A program made the position numbers and the translations under genes. The notes under the pieces are model-generated. The model searched no databases. It was not told where the DNA came from and worked only from the letters and a program-made list of their open reading frames with translations. Positions 27,992 to 37,785 of a DNA stretch of 64,000 nucleotides are shown here, piece after piece. How positions within the stretch are numbered: position 1 is the stretch's first letter; every line of letters starts with the position of its first letter. This DNA is from Thermoplasmata archaeon (GTDB lineage Archaea; Thermoplasmatota; Thermoplasmata; Lutacidiplasmatales; UBA184). The stretch covers positions 120,174-184,173 of the forward strand of contig JAKAOF010000001.1 in assembly GCA_021823345.1 (NCBI GenBank), in the 5' to 3' direction.

Positions 27992-29712
27992 CCCGGCGGC
28001 GGGGTTCCGGTCGACCCCACGGGTTGCTCTCCCTTCAGTTGCCACAGGACGGAAAGGTCGAATTCCATCCAACCGACCGGTTCTTGGACCTTGAACGCGG
28101 CCAGGGATTCGGGGTGGATCTCCCCGACAACCCCGATCACCTCCCCGGCGAACCGGAGATGAGCGACTCGTCCCCGAATGGTGCCAGGCACTTCCGCCGC
28201 ATCCTTGGTGACCGTGATCCCGACGACGCGCAGCACCCGCTCGGCGAGGGCCATGAGCGCGGCAAACCCGGCGTCTCCTCCCGCCATGGCGGCCCCCAAG
28301 TTCATCCGGGTCTGAGATCCGGTCTGGCTTCCTGGCTCGGGGACCACGACCTCGCCCATCTCGTAGATCCGCTGGGGGTAGCCGTGCCCATTGTTCGCTT
28401 CGAACGCTCCCATCAGCGTCGGAAGCAGCGAAGGTCGGAGGATCGACAGTTCCTCCGAAACGGGATTCTGGAGCTCAAGGTAGGAGTTCGGAGGCAGGAA
28501 CCGCCGGGCCGCCTCCTGGGAGATGAGGAGGGTGGTGTGGATCTCTTGGTAGCCCATGCCGACCATCACCTCGGCGAGGTGCTCGCAGTACCGGGAGAAT
28601 GCGAGGGCTCTTCCGCGGGTAGGGTGCCCCCGTTCTTCGGGGACAAAGTTCGACAGTCCCTCCCAGATCATCACCTCCTCGGAGAGATCCACCGCTCCGA
28701 GTAGGTCGGGTCGCCAGGGCGGGATAGTCGCCGTCCACGGCGTGTCTCGGTCCGATACCGGAATGCCGAACGCGGTCAAGGCGTTTCGGACGGTGGTTCG
28801 CTCGAACCGGCGGCCGAGCAGGGTATCGACGCTCTCTGGGGTGAACGACACCTTCCTCTCCGAGAGGGAAAAGGAGGGGGACTCTGCGCCGCCCGCCACG
28901 ATGCCGAACACTTCCTGCGCCGACCAACCCCGGGTCGCGAACGGCAGGAGCATGTACCCCACGAAGTCGCGTACGGTTCTCGGATTGCGCCCCGTGGATT
29001 CGATAAGGACCTCCGTATCGCCGGGGGCGATCTCGCCGTATCGGGCGGCGTTGAGCACCGGCGGAAGCGATAGGACGTGCTCCTCGGCGTCGCGGAGGAC
29101 GAGGGCCCGATCCCCGTCCTTCCCCAGCGCGCCATACTTGATCGCCATCGGGTGGCGGGCGTAGAACTCTTCCCCGTCCATCAGCCCCGAGGGGACATCC
29201 TCGAGGGGGAGCGGGTCGAATCGGAGCCCCTTCAACGACTCGAGCCGGTAACGGTAGGGCGGAACGAGTCGTCGTGACGGGTAGAGCCCCAGGCTCCCTT
29301 CCTTGCGATCGAATCCGAGGGAGGTATGGAGGACTTCCTGGTAGCGGATGAGTTCGGAGATGAGCTCGGCGTCCAGCGGTTGCTGCGGGGGAGCCCGCAC
29401 GTTGACCATCGCGATCTCGCCACGCAACGGGGCGACAGAGGCATCAATATCGACCGTGAGCCTGGGTCCATCCGAAGCCTTCGGAAGCTGTCCCAGCGGT
29501 CTTTCGTGAAGGAGCCCGCGGATCAGGTTCGCGATCCCACTTTCACAGAGCAAGTCGAGCCGGTCATGGGTCACCTCAATCTTGAGCTCGTCCCCATCCA
29601 TCTCGACAGGTTCCGCCTTGGTGCGGAAAAGGAGTTCTTCCAGTTGCTTCGAGTCGAGGGAGGAACCCACGAGGCGTTCCACCGTCCGCTTGGAAAAGGT
29701 CGCTTGCGGCAC
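27973..29712 (-). CDS. pheT: Phenylalanine--tRNA ligase beta subunit (archaeal type)
   Basis: 579 aa with an archaeal PheT-like N-terminus and B3/4-B5 pattern. It lies 4 nt downstream of pheS. GTG start. Confidence 0.88.
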   Translation of the reverse strand: MPQATFSKRTVERLVGSSLDSKQLEELLFRTKAEPVEMDGDELKIEVTHDRLDLLCESGIANLIRGLLHERPLGQLPKASDGPRLTVDIDASVAPLRGEIAMVNVRAPPQQPLDAELISELIRYQEVLHTSLGFDRKEGSLGLYPSRRLVPPYRYRLESLKGLRFDPLPLEDVPSGLMDGEEFYARHPMAIKYGALGKDGDRALVLRDAEEHVLSLPPVLNAARYGEIAPGDTEVLIESTGRNPRTVRDFVGYMLLPFATRGWSAQEVFGIVAGGAESPSFSLSERKVSFTPESVDTLLGRRFERTTVRNALTAFGIPVSDRDTPWTATIPPWRPDLLGAVDLSEEVMIWEGLSNFVPEERGHPTRGRALAFSRYCEHLAEVMVGMGYQEIHTTLLISQEAARRFLPPNSYLELQNPVSEELSILRPSLLPTLMGAFEANNGHGYPQRIYEMGEVVVPEPGSQTGSQTRMNLGAAMAGGDAGFAALMALAERVLRVVGITVTKDAAEVPGTIRGRVAHLRFAGEVIGVVGEIHPESLAAFKVQEPVGWMEFDLSVLWQLKGEQPVGSTGTPPPGQATGT

Positions 29713-29716
29713 GGGG

Positions 29717-31225
29717 TCAGATCCTCGCCTCGGAGAGGGATGTCAAGGGATTCGCATAGATCTCTCGGATGTCGTTGATGCCGAGCGCCACCATCGCCAA
29801 CCGCATCACTCCGATCCCCCAGGCGGCCACCGGCACATGGATGCCGAGGGGTCGCAGCACCTCGGGGCGGAACATCCCTCCTGGAAGTATCTCCATCCAA
29901 CCGATCGAAGGGTGTCGCACGTAACCTTCCACGCTGGGCTCGGTGAACGGGAAGTAGGCGGGCTTGAACTTGACCTCCCCCACTCCCAGCTCCCGGGCTA
30001 CGGTCGTGAACAACCCCAAGAGGTCCCGAAGGCTCACGTCCTTCCCTCCGTAGACGCCCTCGCACTGATCGAACTGGATGTGATGGCGAGCGTCCAACGA
30101 CTCTCGGCGGAAGACGGCCCCGATGGAGTACATCCGGAAAGGCGGGGTCGGGTGCTTCTCGAGGTACCGGACTGAAACGGGAGTCGTCTGGCTGCGAAGC
30201 AGGAGTTGCTGGGAGCGTTCGAGATCGAACGGGCTCCCCCATCCCTCGGAGAGCCGAGGCTCCCCCGGAGCCAGCGGACGGCCCTCGTGGGCGTTCTTCA
30301 CCGCTTCGAGGGTCTTCGGCTCGGGGTGCCTTCCCGGGGAACCCTTGAGGAAGAACACATCCTGGGCCGTCCGGGCCGGGTGATTCTGCGGGATGAAAAG
30401 GGCATCGTTGTTGTAGAACTCCGTCTCGACCAGGGGGCCCCGCGCCTCCTCGAATCCCAGCCCGATGAGGAGTTGCTCGACTTCCCGGAGCCAGGAGAGG
30501 TACTCATGCCGACGCGCCCCCTCCAGGAACGGCACCCGGGCCCGGACATCATAGGGTCGAAGGAGCGCACCCCGCCAGGCCCCGGACTTGAGATGCATCG
30601 AGGTGAGGGCACTGAGGGATGGGCGCTCGTCAAGGCTGGGGAGAAGGGAGCGTCCGTTGTCCGAAAGGCTCCATTGTTTCCGAGAAACCGATACGGTCTC
30701 GATCAGGCCACGACGTACGAGTTGTTCCGCGCGTGGGCCACCGGTAGCGGCGGGCAAGGGGCCCTGGGACAACCTTCCGAGCAGTTCCTCATCGGCCTTG
30801 AGCTCCGGGGGATCGTTCTGGACGACTTGCAACTCGCTCCCGATCGTAAGTGCCTTCGCTCGCCGGAGCTGTCCAATGGCCGCCGCGAACTCCTTGTCAT
30901 CCAGCCCGCTTCGATGCCGGGCGTCGTTCTGGACCAACGGTCCCGGTTGGAGGGCGGTCAGCAGTCTTCGTTCCGGCAACCCTCGTTCCAAAGCTTCCCG
31001 GCCGCGAACGGTTAGCTCCAGCCGACGATCATGTTCTTCGGAGGAGACCACGAGTCCCCTCGCCTTGAGCCGCTCGAGCCCCCCCCGCACTCCCTCGATG
31101 GGCAGGGTCAGCTGCCCCACGAGGTCTTCCTCACTCGCCGTCGCTCGAGGTTCAAGTGCCCCGAGGCGCCAAAGGATCTTGGACTCCTGCGGAGAAAGGG
31201 AGATTGCGATATCGGGTTCAGCCAT
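29717..31225 (-). CDS. pheS: Phenylalanine--tRNA ligase alpha subunit
   Basis: 502 aa. Class II motifs FRRE.LDARH and GWGIGVMRLAM, with N-terminal winged-helix repeats. Confidence 0.9.
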   Translation of the reverse strand: MAEPDIAISLSPQESKILWRLGALEPRATASEEDLVGQLTLPIEGVRGGLERLKARGLVVSSEEHDRRLELTVRGREALERGLPERRLLTALQPGPLVQNDARHRSGLDDKEFAAAIGQLRRAKALTIGSELQVVQNDPPELKADEELLGRLSQGPLPAATGGPRAEQLVRRGLIETVSVSRKQWSLSDNGRSLLPSLDERPSLSALTSMHLKSGAWRGALLRPYDVRARVPFLEGARRHEYLSWLREVEQLLIGLGFEEARGPLVETEFYNNDALFIPQNHPARTAQDVFFLKGSPGRHPEPKTLEAVKNAHEGRPLAPGEPRLSEGWGSPFDLERSQQLLLRSQTTPVSVRYLEKHPTPPFRMYSIGAVFRRESLDARHHIQFDQCEGVYGGKDVSLRDLLGLFTTVARELGVGEVKFKPAYFPFTEPSVEGYVRHPSIGWMEILPGGMFRPEVLRPLGIHVPVAAWGIGVMRLAMVALGINDIREIYANPLTSLSEARI

Positions 31226-31234
31226 GTCCTGCGC

Positions 31235-34200
31235 TCACTGCGAGCCGGACTTGGTCTTAGGGGTTTTGGCCTTTCCCTTCGTTTCGGTCTTGGCCGGTTT
31301 CGAAGGCTTTTCCGGTCGGCTGTCCTTCTTTGCCGTCCGGGGGGCCGCCCGGCGCGGTGCGGTCTTGCGGGGCTCCGCGGGTGTCACAGCGGAACTCGCC
31401 TTGACCGACGGCGACCGAGCGACCTCTGCCGGGGGCGGGGAAGGAGGAACGGGTTCGGGTACGGCCTCAGGTGGAACTTCCGGCGTCGGGTTCTCGGCCG
31501 GAAGCTCTTCCTCGACCGGGGTCGCTTCCAGAGGCGTCTCGACGACGGCCGGGGTCTCGGGCGCCGAAGGCGCGGCCTCGTCCGCTTGCGGAGTCTCTGC
31601 GCTCGGGAGGTCCTCCGGCGCCACCTCCGGTGCGCTCGACACGGGTTCCGCCCCCGCCTCGGGCTCTTGCGCCGGAGCGGCGGCCTCTTCTTCCTCGGTC
31701 TCTGGAACGTCTTGGGCGGGGACCGAGCTCTCCGCAGGTCCCTCGACCCCCTCCACCGGCGCGAGGTCATCGCCCGGTTCTTCGGGGGCCTCGGTCCACT
31801 CAGGTTCCTGGGATTCTGCCACCGGTGGTTCTGTCTGCGGTGCGACCGTCACGTCGTTCCCCTCGTGGGTTACTGGGATATCATTGGTGTGGACCATCTG
31901 CGGGTCCTGTGGTGCGACGGCGGGAACAATGGTCACCGGTCCGCGGGACTCCATCGGAATGTCGGAACGGGGCGCCGGTGTCCCGGTCGCACGAACCGGT
32001 GCGTTCGGGCGGGATTGCGCCACGACCGGAGGACGGGACGGCGCTCGGACGGGTTGGGTGGCCGACGGGGCGGCCGGTTGCGGGGCCCCTATGGGTCCCC
32101 TGGGGGGAGGGCGAGTCACGGGAGGCCCCGTAGCCGCTCGCTGAGGTGCCGGTCCCGGGGGTGGTCTTTGGGTCACCGGTCGAGGTTGCGCTCCACCGGC
32201 GACCGGGACCCTTCTCCGAACCGGGGCGGGTTTCTTCCGTCCCAGGGCCCAACCCACCGCGGTCGCAAGCCCGAACAAGAGCACGAAGAACAGGATGCTG
32301 AGAGGGTACGAGAGCAGCGGGGACAGAGGACCCCAGTACGAGCCGAGGACCGAGACGCCGAGGATGCCCGACGCGGAGCCTACGTAGCTCCCCGTCAGTA
32401 CCCCGGCTTTCACGAGCACCGAGTCGAAGGCGTAGGAAACGGGAACGGTAAACGTGCCGCTGCCGCTCCCCGAATTCCCGACATAGACGGTGAGGCTAGA
32501 GACCACACTGGGTGCTTCCCCCAGCGTGGGCTGGGAGAATATGTTCACGCTCACGTCGAGTCCCGAAACTGTCCCGGAGCTCGAGGTCGCCGTCACGGTC
32601 AAGGTCTCTGTCTGTCCCGGAGTTGCCGTCACCGGGTTGAAGTTCATGGAGAGCTTGAGCAGTCCATGGATTAAGTTCCCGTAGAGCACGAGTACGTCTT
32701 GGGGGGAACCCCAACCAGTGACCGGGTCCCATCCCGCCCCGGCGGAAAAGATGCAGTTGGATCCCTGCACGACGTCATTGAATGAGGGGGATCCGGTCGC
32801 GTTCTCTTGCTGGGCTCCCAGGGAGTAGAGCGACGGGGCGAGTAGGCCGAGGTCCTTTCCATGCACCGCATCAAGCTCTGCGGCGATCCCTCCCCACATC
32901 GGAGAAGCAAAACTGGTCCCTTCTCCCGCCGTCTCGGTGGAATTGTAGTAGAGCATGTTGTTGGCGGAGGGCCCGGAGATGTCCGGGACCCCGCGATGTC
33001 CCCCTCCCTGAGAAAGAATGAGCTGGCGCGCATTCCCTTGCAACTGCCACGAGGGCGCGGGGAACGTGCTGGAGTACCCTCCCGTGCTCGAACCCCAGGC
33101 GTACTCCGCAAGAAGCGAGTCGGCGTTGCTGTTGCCGATCCCGATGTTCACTACCGGGGCCGTGCCACCGACCGCGGTGATCCACGGCGAGGTCGCGGGA
33201 AACTCGACCTGAGGGGTCGAAGAGCACGTTCCTTGGGTGGCCTCCACCGAGCCCCCGTTGTCTCCCGATGAAGCGAAGACGCTGACTCCGCGGGCCGCCG
33301 CCACCTGGAGGGCATTGTCCATCGCCGCCTCGAAGCTCAGGTCCTGTCCGTCCGGGGCCCCGAAGGACATGGAGATCACGTTGATCCCGGAAGCGTTCAC
33401 AAGGTAGTTCAGAGCATCCTCGAGGTCGACATCCGAGGGGGAGTATCGGTTGGATGCGGGCCCGTCCGGTACGTAGACCGGCATGAGGGTGGCCCCCGGG
33501 GCCTGCGACTCGCTCCACTCCATGTCCAGGGTGAGTTCGAACGGCGCAGTGCTCGGGTCGTTCACCGCCCCCGGACTGGGGGACGGCGCTCCGTCCAATG
33601 GGACCGGCTGGATCACGAACGTGGGCTGGGTCGAAGGGTAGAGCTGGCTCGCAAAGGCGCTGAGATCGTTCGGATTGTACCCATCGCCCCACAGGATGAG
33701 CCCAATGGTCTCCCCGGTGGCCCATAGGCCCGTTGCGGTCAGATTGTAGATGTGGTCCAGGCCGTACATGAAGTGGGGGTAATCCGGCAGTATGGCACTG
33801 CTGTTCACGGCGGGCATCGGGGTCAGGTCATAGGTGAAGGTCGCCACATTCTGGGAAAGACCCGACACCGAACTCACGAGCGGGGCGAGGTTGGCCGGCA
33901 GCGATGGCGGGCTCGCCGGTACCACGACCATCCTTCCCTGGTAGCTTCCGGTGAGGAGGGTGGTCGAGAATAGGCGATCGGCGGACTGGGCCGTTCCTTG
34001 GGCCGTGAGAAACAGGTGATCGGAGTACGTCCGAACCGGTGTGAACCCCCCCTGGCGTAGTGCGGACTCTACGGCCGCATAGCTCGACGTGGTCGGGGCA
34101 TACGCCGCCAAGATGTCGTGCCGGGACAGGAAGTGCCCGTAGGACGCCGAACCGGGGGTTGCCGCCGAGACGGCCACCGAGTCGAGACCGCTTGAGTTCC

Positions 34201-34480
34201 GAAGTTGCAGGGTAACGCCAATGGTGACCGGGGCGATCGGAGAGACCACTTGGGGATGGGTCAGTTCGCCGAGCACGGTCGGCGAGTAACCCATCTGCTC
34301 GGCCCGAGCGACGCGGGAGGGACTCGCGCTCCCCAGTTCAGAGGTCCTAAGGGACGTCGTAGCGGAGATGGTGTGACCCACGATTGGGGCGGGACTCACC
34401 AGACTGAACATCAACAGACCGGCCAGGAATGGTAGGGCAAGGAGCGGGGGATTTGGAGGATACAACCGTCGATCCTTCAT
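31235..34480 (-). CDS. Membrane-anchored sedolisin (S53) serine protease with pro-kumamolisin activation domain, Ig-like domain, TM helix and 334 aa disordered cytoplasmic tail
   Basis: Signal LLALPFLAGLLMFSLVSPAP. Pro-domain pattern (HFLSRHDILAAYAP...). S53 motifs FASSGDNGG and GEGTSFASPMWGG. TM LSILFFVLLFGLATAVGWALG. The tail is encoded by 31238-32239. Confidence 0.8.
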   Translation of the reverse strand: MKDRRLYPPNPPLLALPFLAGLLMFSLVSPAPIVGHTISATTSLRTSELGSASPSRVARAEQMGYSPTVLGELTHPQVVSPIAPVTIGVTLQLRNSSGLDSVAVSAATPGSASYGHFLSRHDILAAYAPTTSSYAAVESALRQGGFTPVRTYSDHLFLTAQGTAQSADRLFSTTLLTGSYQGRMVVVPASPPSLPANLAPLVSSVSGLSQNVATFTYDLTPMPAVNSSAILPDYPHFMYGLDHIYNLTATGLWATGETIGLILWGDGYNPNDLSAFASQLYPSTQPTFVIQPVPLDGAPSPSPGAVNDPSTAPFELTLDMEWSESQAPGATLMPVYVPDGPASNRYSPSDVDLEDALNYLVNASGINVISMSFGAPDGQDLSFEAAMDNALQVAAARGVSVFASSGDNGGSVEATQGTCSSTPQVEFPATSPWITAVGGTAPVVNIGIGNSNADSLLAEYAWGSSTGGYSSTFPAPSWQLQGNARQLILSQGGGHRGVPDISGPSANNMLYYNSTETAGEGTSFASPMWGGIAAELDAVHGKDLGLLAPSLYSLGAQQENATGSPSFNDVVQGSNCIFSAGAGWDPVTGWGSPQDVLVLYGNLIHGLLKLSMNFNPVTATPGQTETLTVTATSSSGTVSGLDVSVNIFSQPTLGEAPSVVSSLTVYVGNSGSGSGTFTVPVSYAFDSVLVKAGVLTGSYVGSASGILGVSVLGSYWGPLSPLLSYPLSILFFVLLFGLATAVGWALGRKKPAPVRRRVPVAGGAQPRPVTQRPPPGPAPQRAATGPPVTRPPPRGPIGAPQPAAPSATQPVRAPSRPPVVAQSRPNAPVRATGTPAPRSDIPMESRGPVTIVPAVAPQDPQMVHTNDIPVTHEGNDVTVAPQTEPPVAESQEPEWTEAPEEPGDDLAPVEGVEGPAESSVPAQDVPETEEEEAAAPAQEPEAGAEPVSSAPEVAPEDLPSAETPQADEAAPSAPETPAVVETPLEATPVEEELPAENPTPEVPPEAVPEPVPPSPPPAEVARSPSVKASSAVTPAEPRKTAPRRAAPRTAKKDSRPEKPSKPAKTETKGKAKTPKTKSGSQ

Positions 34481-34572
34481 CACGGGTGATTATCGTATGT
34501 ACAACCGCTTCGGGGATGAAGGCATCGGTCGGTGCCGAGCGAGTGGTAAAACAATCCGACGAACCGCACCGT

Positions 34573-36054
34573 TCAAAGCTTCCAAGTGGGTTTGCCATAA
34601 CCCCGGGGGACCGGTGGGGGTGGAATCGCACTTCCCCAGGGGTCGGGGCGAGGAGTTGGTTCTCCGCCCCGTTGACGAGCCAGGTAACGATCGATAGCTT
34701 CCGCCGCTCGGGTTCCGGCCGCCATCGCGTACACGACGGACTTGCCACCGGCCGCGAAGACCCCTTCTCGATCCGTCTCGAAACCTTCACGTCCACCCTG
34801 CGGCCATCCTTGACTGCCGAATCCAAGGTGAAGCTCGGTCGGAAACGACGCCACGTTCGCTTGCTGACCGACCGCCACGATGACGGTGTCACAGGGTAGG
34901 ATGGAATTCGTTCCCTCTACCGGGACGGGCGACCGCCGACCGGAATGATCGACCGGACCGAGCTCGACCCGTTGCACTTCGAGCCCCTCGACCCGCTGCG
35001 TACCCACGATGCGAACGGGGTGCGTCTGGAATAGGAAGGCGACCCCTTCTTGCTCGGCTTCACGTACCTCCTCCTTGTCCGCCAGCATCTCGCTCCGTCC
35101 TCGACGGTAGACCAGCGTGATGGGTACACCGGGAGACAGTCGTGCCGCGCTTCGGACCGCGTCCATAGCCACGTCCCCTCCACCAATGACCACGACCCGA
35201 CCCATCGGCTCCTTGGACGGAGCATGCGCGTCGTTCACCGCTCGCAACCACTCGAAGGCCGGGACTACTCCGGGAAGCTCTTCTCCTGGGATCTGGAGAG
35301 ACCGATGCCGGGTGGTTCCCAGCGCGAGGAAGACCGCCTGGTACCCGTCCTTCATGAGGGAGTCCACCGAGATACTCTTCCCGATTTCTCGCCGGGTCTC
35401 AAAATGCACGGGGAGATCCCGGAACCGGGCGAGGTCCTCCGCGAGCTCCCCCCCCGTCATCCGATATCTCGGGATGGTCGTGATCTGGCCCCCCGCGTGT
35501 TCCAGTTCCTCGAACACGGTTACGTCGTACCCTCGAAGGCCCAGTTCCCAGGCGGCCATGATGCCCGCTGGTCCCGCTCCGACCACCGCTACGCGTTGAT
35601 GCTTGGGCGCGCTCGGGACATACAGCAGTTTAGAATTGCCGAGTTCCAGCCCCGCCCGCTTGAGTTGGCGGATCGCTACCGGGATCCCCTTCTTGCTCAC
35701 GATGCACGCGTCCTCACAGTAGTGGTAACACACCTTGCACAGGGTGGTGGCGAGGGGATCCTCGGTTAGTATGGCCCGGGCTGCCTCGTCGAACTTTCGC
35801 TCGGCGACCAATCCGATGTACTTCCGTGCATCCTGGGTGATCGGGCAAGCTTCGACACAGTACGGCTTCCCGCACTGGATGCACCGCTGCGCTTCCAGTA
35901 CCGCGTCTTCGAGCCCGTAGGGGTGGAGCACCTCTCGGAAGTCTTTCGTACGGGTCCGCGGGTCTTCCGTGGGAATGGCCACCCGGACGGGGTTCAGCTT
36001 GACGGGCACTGACTTCACGCGGGCCGTGCCGGGGGCAGGGTCATCAGCGGACAT
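34573..36054 (-). CDS. Glutamate synthase small-subunit-like / NfnB-SudA-like FAD-NAD(P) oxidoreductase
   Basis: N-terminal Cys clusters (CIQCGKPYCVEACP, CKVCYHYCEDAC) and two Rossmann motifs (VAVVGAGPAG, VVVIGGGDVAMD). Confidence 0.82.
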   Translation of the reverse strand: MSADDPAPGTARVKSVPVKLNPVRVAIPTEDPRTRTKDFREVLHPYGLEDAVLEAQRCIQCGKPYCVEACPITQDARKYIGLVAERKFDEAARAILTEDPLATTLCKVCYHYCEDACIVSKKGIPVAIRQLKRAGLELGNSKLLYVPSAPKHQRVAVVGAGPAGIMAAWELGLRGYDVTVFEELEHAGGQITTIPRYRMTGGELAEDLARFRDLPVHFETRREIGKSISVDSLMKDGYQAVFLALGTTRHRSLQIPGEELPGVVPAFEWLRAVNDAHAPSKEPMGRVVVIGGGDVAMDAVRSAARLSPGVPITLVYRRGRSEMLADKEEVREAEQEGVAFLFQTHPVRIVGTQRVEGLEVQRVELGPVDHSGRRSPVPVEGTNSILPCDTVIVAVGQQANVASFPTELHLGFGSQGWPQGGREGFETDREGVFAAGGKSVVYAMAAGTRAAEAIDRYLARQRGGEPTPRPDPWGSAIPPPPVPRGYGKPTWKL

Positions 36055-36232
36055 CAGCGCAGAGTTTCATCCGAAGCCCCCCTAAAAGGTTTTGGAGAAT
36101 TTCCGGGTAACCGCGTGCGGTGGCTCGGACCTCGCGGAACTCTTCGAAGTGGGTTGGTGTGCGTTGCGGCGCAAGGTTATGTAGGGGGGTTGGCTGACCG
36201 CGCTCGGCAATCGAAATCACCTTGCCTTCGGT

Positions 36233-36318
36233 GCTGAGGTAGCCTAGCTCGGTCAAGGCGCCGGTCTCGAAAACCGGTGGGGGTTCACTCCACGGGAGTT
36301 CAAATCTCCCCCTCAGCG
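36233..36318 (+). tRNA. tRNA-Ser (anticodon CGA)
   Basis: Hand-folded. Acceptor GCTGAGG/CCTCAGC. Anticodon stem CCGGT/ACCGG with loop CTCGAAA (CGA at 36268-36270). Long variable arm. T arm GGGAG-TTCAAAT-CTCCC. Discriminator G. No encoded CCA. Confidence 0.85.
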
Positions 36319-36513
36319 CTTCCCCGATTGGTCACGACCCTTGCATGATGCAGGCCACGGAACGGGCCGGTCGATCCCACATTCTTCTTGAGTGATGACC
36401 GCTTTGGGTCGGCCAGGTAAGCGTACTTTCGGTTTGTCCGCTGAAATCAACTGAGCTCCCGCTAAAGGTCGAACAAAGGTCAGGAAGTATCACCCTCTAA
36501 GGCGACCTTCGGG

Positions 36514-37767
36514 TTACGTCTCTTCGGGGGGGGCCCGTGCCTTCAGTCGCATGAGGTAGGTCAAAATGTCCTCCCCGGGAGTTTGGGGCGTGTCGAGTTC
36601 CTTCCCGACCTTGGCGGTCAAGTCCGCGCCGACGCGGATGAGGGCGCTTAGGTCCCGCTCGGGAAGCCGGCGGAACGCTTCTACGAGATCGGCGTCGATG
36701 GCATCGAGGATCTTGAGGAACGATGGTTTCACGTGGGTCGGCGGCAACGCGAGCATCCGCTCGAGATACGCACCCGCGGCCTCCTCTTCCCGCCGGGCGA
36801 TCCCGCGTCGGGAGGCCTGTTCAAGTGCGGAGATCTCATCCTCCAATAATTGGTTGACGATGCCTCCCGTATTCTCTCGGGCCACACCCAGGGCTTGGTC
36901 TACAGCGGTCGATATCGCCACCTGGGAGCCATCACCTTCCGCACCGAGGCTGCCCACGAGCATCGCCTGCCCCTCGGAGGCGGAGAGGTTGGCGAGGGGG
37001 GGCATTTCGAGTGCCTTGGCGGCCTGACTACCCCGCGGGAGGGCGGCGATCCGCATGAACGATGGTCGGATGACCCGGTCTACGTAGGATAGGGGAACCC
37101 CCAGGGTCGGTAACCGCTCGATCTTCAACTTGCCCTTGAGCAGGCCGTTCAAGATGAGGTTGCGTGCTGTACCATCGAACCCCAGCACGGGAGATGCCAT
37201 GTCCTCCCGGCGACAGTCGGGGCACAGGCTGTGCTTGCTCCAGATCTCGTCGTCCCCGATCGCATTGTGGACCTCGCGCTCCGCCTTGGGGGACGTGCGA
37301 AATGGGATGCCGCATCGGTGGCAGATGACGAGCCGATAATCGCTGCCGAAGTCGGATGGACAATGGGGGCATCGCCACGGATAATGGGAGGCATCGATCC
37401 GGGTCCCACAGAGCGAGCAAGGGATCTGGGTGAACTTGGGTTCGGCGGGGAAGCGATAGATCGTGACTCCGAGCTTGCGCGAGCCTTCCACGACCGCGTC
37501 CGGTACAGTGACCGCCAACATCACTCGATGCACTGGCCGATCCCCGGCGGCTCCCTTGTGCTCGAACAACGTGATCAGGTTGGCACGCGTCGCCGTCCGA
37601 GAAGCGAGGATGAGCCATAGTTCGCCCTTCGACTCGTAGGCGATACCGCGATGGACCCACTCCCCCTCCACGTCGAGCATGGAAGTGATGAGCCCACGCC
37701 CTGCTGGGCCCGACCGCAGGAACTGATGATAATAGGGAAGTAGGTAAATACGCTCACTCGGTATCAT
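36514..37767 (-). CDS. Hypothetical protein: N-terminal possible PD-(D/E)xK-like domain, two CxxC zinc-ribbon pairs, C-terminal helical domain
   Basis: 417 aa from ATG 37767. The longer listed ORF (to 38274) is antisense to the Nudix gene. Contains LDVEGEW..YESKG and CSLCG..CPHC..CHRCG..CPDC (37213-37419). Confidence 0.55.
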   Translation of the reverse strand: MIPSERIYLLPYYHQFLRSGPAGRGLITSMLDVEGEWVHRGIAYESKGELWLILASRTATRANLITLFEHKGAAGDRPVHRVMLAVTVPDAVVEGSRKLGVTIYRFPAEPKFTQIPCSLCGTRIDASHYPWRCPHCPSDFGSDYRLVICHRCGIPFRTSPKAEREVHNAIGDDEIWSKHSLCPDCRREDMASPVLGFDGTARNLILNGLLKGKLKIERLPTLGVPLSYVDRVIRPSFMRIAALPRGSQAAKALEMPPLANLSASEGQAMLVGSLGAEGDGSQVAISTAVDQALGVARENTGGIVNQLLEDEISALEQASRRGIARREEEAAGAYLERMLALPPTHVKPSFLKILDAIDADLVEAFRRLPERDLSALIRVGADLTAKVGKELDTPQTPGEDILTYLMRLKARAPPEET

Positions 37768-37785
37768 GCGAAGTGAACCCCGAGA

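Noticed and set aside
30588-32674. Long plus-strand ORFs (518 and 547 aa) rich in Arg/Gly/Ser opposite the sedolisin gene
   Set aside because: These are shadow ORFs antisense to a well-supported S53 protease and its Pro/Glu/Ala-rich tail. Their composition is low-complexity with no motifs. High GC suppresses stop codons in the antisense frames.
36392-36444. Possible second C/D box sRNA downstream of tRNA-Ser (GTGATGA ... 42 nt ... CTGA)
   Set aside because: The spacing is right. However, no recognisable D' or C' boxes occur at the expected positions (GGCC and CGTACTT instead). The terminal stem needs a 2-nt offset. It is not supportable without expression or conservation data.
37684-37735. 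GTGATGA ... CTGG ... CTGA string resembling C/D boxes
   Set aside because: It lies inside the coding region of 36514-37767, is too short to hold a C' box, and has no terminal stem.
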